DNA of 64,000 nucleotides, from the NCBI RefSeq assembly GCF_028712425.1, contig NZ_JAQTQD010000001.1:23414-87413 (forward strand), written 5' to 3'. The notes beneath the pieces were generated by a model that was not told where the DNA came from, did no database searches, and saw only the letters and a list, made by a program, of their open reading frames with translations. The translations under genes and the position numbers were made by a program. Positions 60,481-64,000 of the stretch are shown piece by piece (the stretch's first letter is position 1; every line of letters starts with the position of its first letter). This stretch comes from Methanoregula sp. (lineage in GTDB: Archaea; Halobacteriota; Methanomicrobia; Methanomicrobiales; Methanospirillaceae).

Positions 60481-60531
60481 TATTTAATACACAAATGAAC
60501 AAATGTATACATCAAGGTATACAAAATTCAT
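60481..60531 (+). promoter_or_regulatory. TATA-like box (TATTTAATA, 60481-60489) followed by a dyad ATGAA-N4-TGTATAC / GTATACA-N3-TTCAT (60495-60531)
   Basis: The perfect palindrome TGTATACA is at 60504-60511 and a 7/8 copy GGTATACA at 60517-60524. The dyad centre lies about 24 nt after the TATA box, which is where the transcription start is expected. Confidence 0.4.
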
Positions 60532-60591
60532 TGCGCGGCCCTTTCTCTGCGGCCCGTCTTCCTTGTTACCTGGAATATGGTTGTGCTAATC

Positions 60592-61125
60592 ATGAAGTCA
60601 AAAGATATTGCAATCGTGGGCATCCTGCTCGCTATCGGGGCCATCCTCCGGTATTTCCTTGCGATGCTCCACACTCCCCTGACACCGAACATGATCATCG
60701 CGTTTTACTGTCTTGCGATCATCCTGATACGGCCGAAGATTCTCGAAGCGCTCGGAATCGGTCTTGTTGCAGGTGTCCTCTCGATGGTGATCTCGAGTTC
60801 AATGTTCCCTCCGGCGAATATCATCAGCGAGCCAATCGGTGCACTGGTCTGCTTCGTCATCTATGCAGCCCTCCGGGAACGGACGAAACTCGCCCCAACC
60901 GTCACTACGTTCCTTACAACCCTGGCAAGCGGCTTCTCCTTTGCCGCGATAGCAATGATGTTTGTCGGCGCAAGCGTGCTCTCCAGCCCCAAATACGGGG
61001 GAGACATCATGGCCTTTGTTGCCGTGTTCGTGCCGATCGTGGTCATAACGGCAGTCTTTAATGCAATCGTGGTCCAGTTCCTCTACATCCCTTCCAGCAG
61101 GGTGCTTCTTAGAGGACAGGAATGA
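60592..61125 (+). CDS. trpP: ECF transporter substrate-specific (S) component, TrpP-like
   Basis: MKSKDIAIVGILLAIGAIL..PNMIIAF..RPKILEALGIGLVAGVLS..PANIISEPIGAL parallels Bacillus TrpP by eye. The start is 60577 or 60592. Confidence 0.6.
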   Translation: MKSKDIAIVGILLAIGAILRYFLAMLHTPLTPNMIIAFYCLAIILIRPKILEALGIGLVAGVLSMVISSSMFPPANIISEPIGALVCFVIYAALRERTKLAPTVTTFLTTLASGFSFAAIAMMFVGASVLSSPKYGGDIMAFVAVFVPIVVITAVFNAIVVQFLYIPSSRVLLRGQE

Positions 61126-62549
61126 TCGACTTAACAAACATCACGTACACATATCCCCACACGGTGCAACCGGCCCTGCACCGTGTTTCTCTCTCTCTCG
61201 AAAAAGGTCGATGCGTTATGGTGACCGGGCCCTCCGGAGCCGGTAAAACATCGCTCTGCCTTGCAGCGTCCGGGATTCTTCACCATGAGTATGGCGGGAA
61301 GAAGGAGGGTTCCGTGATTGTTGACGGGAAAGACGTGGCGGAATACACGACTCTCTCGGATCTCGCGCAGAACGTGGGGGTTGTCTTTGACGATCCTGAA
61401 GCCCAGATGATCTTCACGACCGTTGAAGAGGAGATCCTGTCAGCCCTGGAGCACCGTGGTTTACCCGCATCTGTTATCGAGGAAAGGCTTGCCGCGATCA
61501 TGAAGACCACCTACCTGGAAAACCTCCGGGACAGGTCCCCGCATCATCTCTCCGGCGGCCAGAAACAGCGTGTTGCCCTCGCAGCAACGCTCGCGCTGGG
61601 AAACGATATCCTTATTCTCGATGAACCGACATCAGAGCTCGACGAGTACGCAACGAAAAGGATTGCAGCCATCCTCTCCGATCTCAAGCAACAGGGCAAG
61701 ACCATCCTTCTCGTGGAACACAAGTTTAACCATTTCAGGGACATCGTGGATACTCTTGTCATCATGGAAGCCGGGGCGGTAACGAGCACCGGAACGCCCG
61801 AACATGTCCTGAGTGATGAACGGATCCGCGCCATGGTGATGCCCGACTTCTCGACCATCCGGAGAACCGTGCCACCACCACAGGCGGACACACCTATCAT
61901 TTCCGTACAAAATCTCCATCACTCGTATGGCGATGTCGAAGCCCTTTGCGGTATCAGCCTCACAATCCGGCGAGGTGAATTCGTTGCAATCGTTGGTGAG
62001 AACGGATCCGGAAAGACAACGCTTGTCAAGCACTTCAACCGTCTCCTGACACCGACAAGCGGGGATGTTATCGTCAATGGGAAGAATACCCGCGAATGCA
62101 GTATTGCTATGCTCGCCCATGACGTCGGCCTTGTCTTCCAGAACCCGGACCACATGTTCTTTGCAGATTCGGTCAGGGACGAGATCGCGTATGGCGTCAA
62201 CAACCTGGGTATTGAAAACGCTGACACGGTCATCGATGCCGCGCTCCGGGATGCGGGACTCTCCAGTTCGGCGGATCTTTATCCACGGTGGCTCTCGCGT
62301 GGGGAGCGCCAGCGCCTCGCGATTGCCTGTGTGGTTGCCATGCAACCGGGTGTCATCGTACTGGACGAGCCCACTACCGGGCTTGACGGGAACGAAGCGA
62401 GTGTGGTCATTGATATGTTAAAAGACCTCCAGGAGAAAGGGCATACCATCCTCATCATTACCCACAACAAAGAGATCGCACAGCACTGTGCCGACCGCGT
62501 CATACTCATGGAGAACGGGAAAATCGTATCAGATACACGAGGTGCGTGA
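61122..62549 (+). CDS. ECF transporter fused duplicated ATPase (EcfA-EcfA')
   Basis: Two Walker A motifs (GPSGAGKTS, GENGSGKTT), two signature motifs (LSGGQKQR, LSRGERQR) and two Walker B motifs (ILILDEPT, VIVLDEPT). Confidence 0.85.
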   Translation: MIDLTNITYTYPHTVQPALHRVSLSLEKGRCVMVTGPSGAGKTSLCLAASGILHHEYGGKKEGSVIVDGKDVAEYTTLSDLAQNVGVVFDDPEAQMIFTTVEEEILSALEHRGLPASVIEERLAAIMKTTYLENLRDRSPHHLSGGQKQRVALAATLALGNDILILDEPTSELDEYATKRIAAILSDLKQQGKTILLVEHKFNHFRDIVDTLVIMEAGAVTSTGTPEHVLSDERIRAMVMPDFSTIRRTVPPPQADTPIISVQNLHHSYGDVEALCGISLTIRRGEFVAIVGENGSGKTTLVKHFNRLLTPTSGDVIVNGKNTRECSIAMLAHDVGLVFQNPDHMFFADSVRDEIAYGVNNLGIENADTVIDAALRDAGLSSSADLYPRWLSRGERQRLAIACVVAMQPGVIVLDEPTTGLDGNEASVVIDMLKDLQEKGHTILIITHNKEIAQHCADRVILMENGKIVSDTRGA

Positions 62550-63346
62550 CCGTGGCGGAGATCCTCCAGTACGTACACAAGGATGCATTCCTGCACCAGC
62601 TCCATCCCTATTCCAAGATCTTCTTTATCATCATTGTCTCGCTCATGGCGATCATTGCGACAAGCATCCCGTTCCTTGTCTTCATGGTCGTTGCCATGCT
62701 TGGATTTGCTGCCTGCGGTAAATTGCTCCGCGAATCTCTCCAGCAGCTCAAACTGATCCTGGTGATGAGTGTCATCTTCATCCTCATCACGGTCATCACA
62801 ATGCCCGGCGGTGAGACCCTGGGATATGTTATTCCGGCAGGGATTCCGGTCATCGGGGGTTTTATACCGATCACGAGCGGCGGGCTTATGATTGGGATAG
62901 TGCTTACGCTACGGTTCATGATCCTCATCTTTGCGTTCCAGCTCTTCCTGATCTCGACCCAGCCCCGCGATATTATCCATGCCATGGAGAAAGTCGGGCT
63001 TCCCATCGACTATATCCTGATGTTCATCATCGCGCTTCGGTTTATCCCGACGCTCCAGATCGAGGGACAACGGATTCATGAAGCACAGCTGGCCCGGGGA
63101 TTCAATCCCGGAACAGGTATCACAGGAAAAGTCCGGAGCGTTGCACCGATTGTCATCCCGCTTGTCTCCAATGCCCTTCTCCGCTCAAATGTCCTTGGTC
63201 TTACGATTGACATGCGGGGATACCGGATGGGAAAAAGGACCCATGTCCGCGAACGGATTTTATTCTCCCGGGATTATGCGGTTATGGGTATTCTTGCATT
63301 CGTAGGTTGCGGATTTATCGCATTGTTCATCGGGCAGATGGTATAG
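62546..63346 (+). CDS. ecfT: ECF transporter transmembrane (T) component (CbiQ/EcfT family)
   Basis: 266 aa, multi-TM, with a conserved ARG region (HEAQLARGF). The GTG start overlaps the ATPase stop. Confidence 0.8.
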   Translation: MTVAEILQYVHKDAFLHQLHPYSKIFFIIIVSLMAIIATSIPFLVFMVVAMLGFAACGKLLRESLQQLKLILVMSVIFILITVITMPGGETLGYVIPAGIPVIGGFIPITSGGLMIGIVLTLRFMILIFAFQLFLISTQPRDIIHAMEKVGLPIDYILMFIIALRFIPTLQIEGQRIHEAQLARGFNPGTGITGKVRSVAPIVIPLVSNALLRSNVLGLTIDMRGYRMGKRTHVRERILFSRDYAVMGILAFVGCGFIALFIGQMV

Positions 63347-63424
63347 GGATATAATCCAATTCTCTTTTTTGTAAAAGCATTGTTAATGAGACCTTTAGGA
63401 AAAGATTTGCTTTAGAAAAAGATA

Positions 63425-63496
63425 CGCCCCGGCCGGGACTTGAACCCGGGTCAAAAGCTCCGCAGGCTTCTAGGATATCCACTACCCCACCGGGAC
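63425..63496 (-). tRNA. tRNA-Arg (anticodon GCG)
   Basis: Folded by hand from the minus strand. Acceptor GTCCCGG/CCGGGGC, T arm CCGGG-TTCAAGT-CCCGG, anticodon stem GAAGC/GCTTT with loop CTGCGGA. There is no intron and CCA is not encoded. Confidence 0.85.
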
Positions 63497-63607
63497 GCGA
63501 GGTTATGCGCCTGCCTTACTAAAATTGCTGTTATCGCTTATATATGTCACTCTCATCAGAGATAATCAGCCAGAAAAAGCCAGTATCTAAAAATTGGATT
63601 TGAATGT

Positions 63608-63991
63608 TTATTTTTTAAATGTCCAGGTTGGAGTGGGGGTGCTTGTTTCCAATGCTATGGGGAGATTGTCCCGTGTAGTCTGGCTCCAGTACGTACAGTT
63701 ATCAAATTTCATTGAGTCCGGATCAGCGAAATTACCCACGGGTTTCACCCAGACTTCGATAGTGCCTTTAATCCGATTTCCCTTAATTTCGATATACATG
63801 TCTGCACTGTTGAGGACTTTTAAGGTACGGGTCGTGTATTGCGTATAATCTGTACCAAATCCATCCTGAAGGTAGACTTCCCCGGTTTCCTTATTTTTTA
63901 CGGTAATTTCCATAAAGGAAAGGGGATCAAACGTATCGTATTCGAGAAGATATTCGGTTTTATTGGTACTGTGGGTTCTCACCTTCCGCAC
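63608..63991 (-). CDS. hypothetical protein in a low-GC segment
   Basis: 127-aa ORF in a region that is about 42% GC by hand count, against about 57% for the rest of the window. I did not recognise a family. Its start lies near the window edge. Confidence 0.4.
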   Translation of the reverse strand: MRKVRTHSTNKTEYLLEYDTFDPLSFMEITVKNKETGEVYLQDGFGTDYTQYTTRTLKVLNSADMYIEIKGNRIKGTIEVWVKPVGNFADPDSMKFDNCTYWSQTTRDNLPIALETSTPTPTWTFKK

Positions 63992-64000
63992 CTCTATTTC

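Noticed and set aside
60365-60591. Riboswitch upstream of the ECF transporter operon.
   Set aside because: No TPP, cobalamin, preQ1 or other riboswitch core motif was recognised. The DNA dyad over the promoter is a better explanation, and it is reported as a finding.

Overview
This is a 64-kb chromosomal window from a high-GC (about 55-58% by eye) methanogenic euryarchaeon, most consistent with Methanomicrobiales. Supporting markers are a cdhABCDE CODH/ACS operon with a RACo-like activator, a beta-RFAP-synthase-like gene, a tgtA/arcS archaeosine pair, an archaeal type-A RNase P RNA, and several PEGA-domain surface proteins. Most of the content is housekeeping or transport. It includes a split liv-type ABC transporter, an SSF symporter with a 35-aa partner ORF, lactate permease, a TrpP-type ECF transporter, ilvBN-cimA, a ppk1-CHAD/HD-ppx polyphosphate operon, pntAA-AB-B transhydrogenase, aldehyde dehydrogenase, malic enzyme and tRNA-Arg(GCG). 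The most system-like accessory locus is a translationally coupled four-gene minus-strand operon at 45.25-49.19 kb. It encodes a vWA protein, a PP2C phosphatase, a Ser/Thr kinase with a Zn-ribbon and FHA-like tail, and a HEAT-repeat protein. This is a TerY-P-triad-like module with an extra fourth gene in an archaeal host. Several non-coding signals are not explained by the gene calls: (1) a 470-bp orphan intergenic region with three covarying hairpins that share a GC-UGAU-GC apex; (2) a 38-nt block repeated in two distant intergenic regions, each exactly 44 nt after an oligo-T tract; (3) a dyad with TGTATACA boxes over the predicted ECF/trpP promoter; (4) an orphan gene flanked by long non-coding DNA at 33.4-34.9 kb; (5) a sharp GC drop next to tRNA-Arg at the window end. 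I saw no CRISPR array, rRNA, transposase or integrase. All functional calls come from motif and family recognition by eye, and no searches were run.
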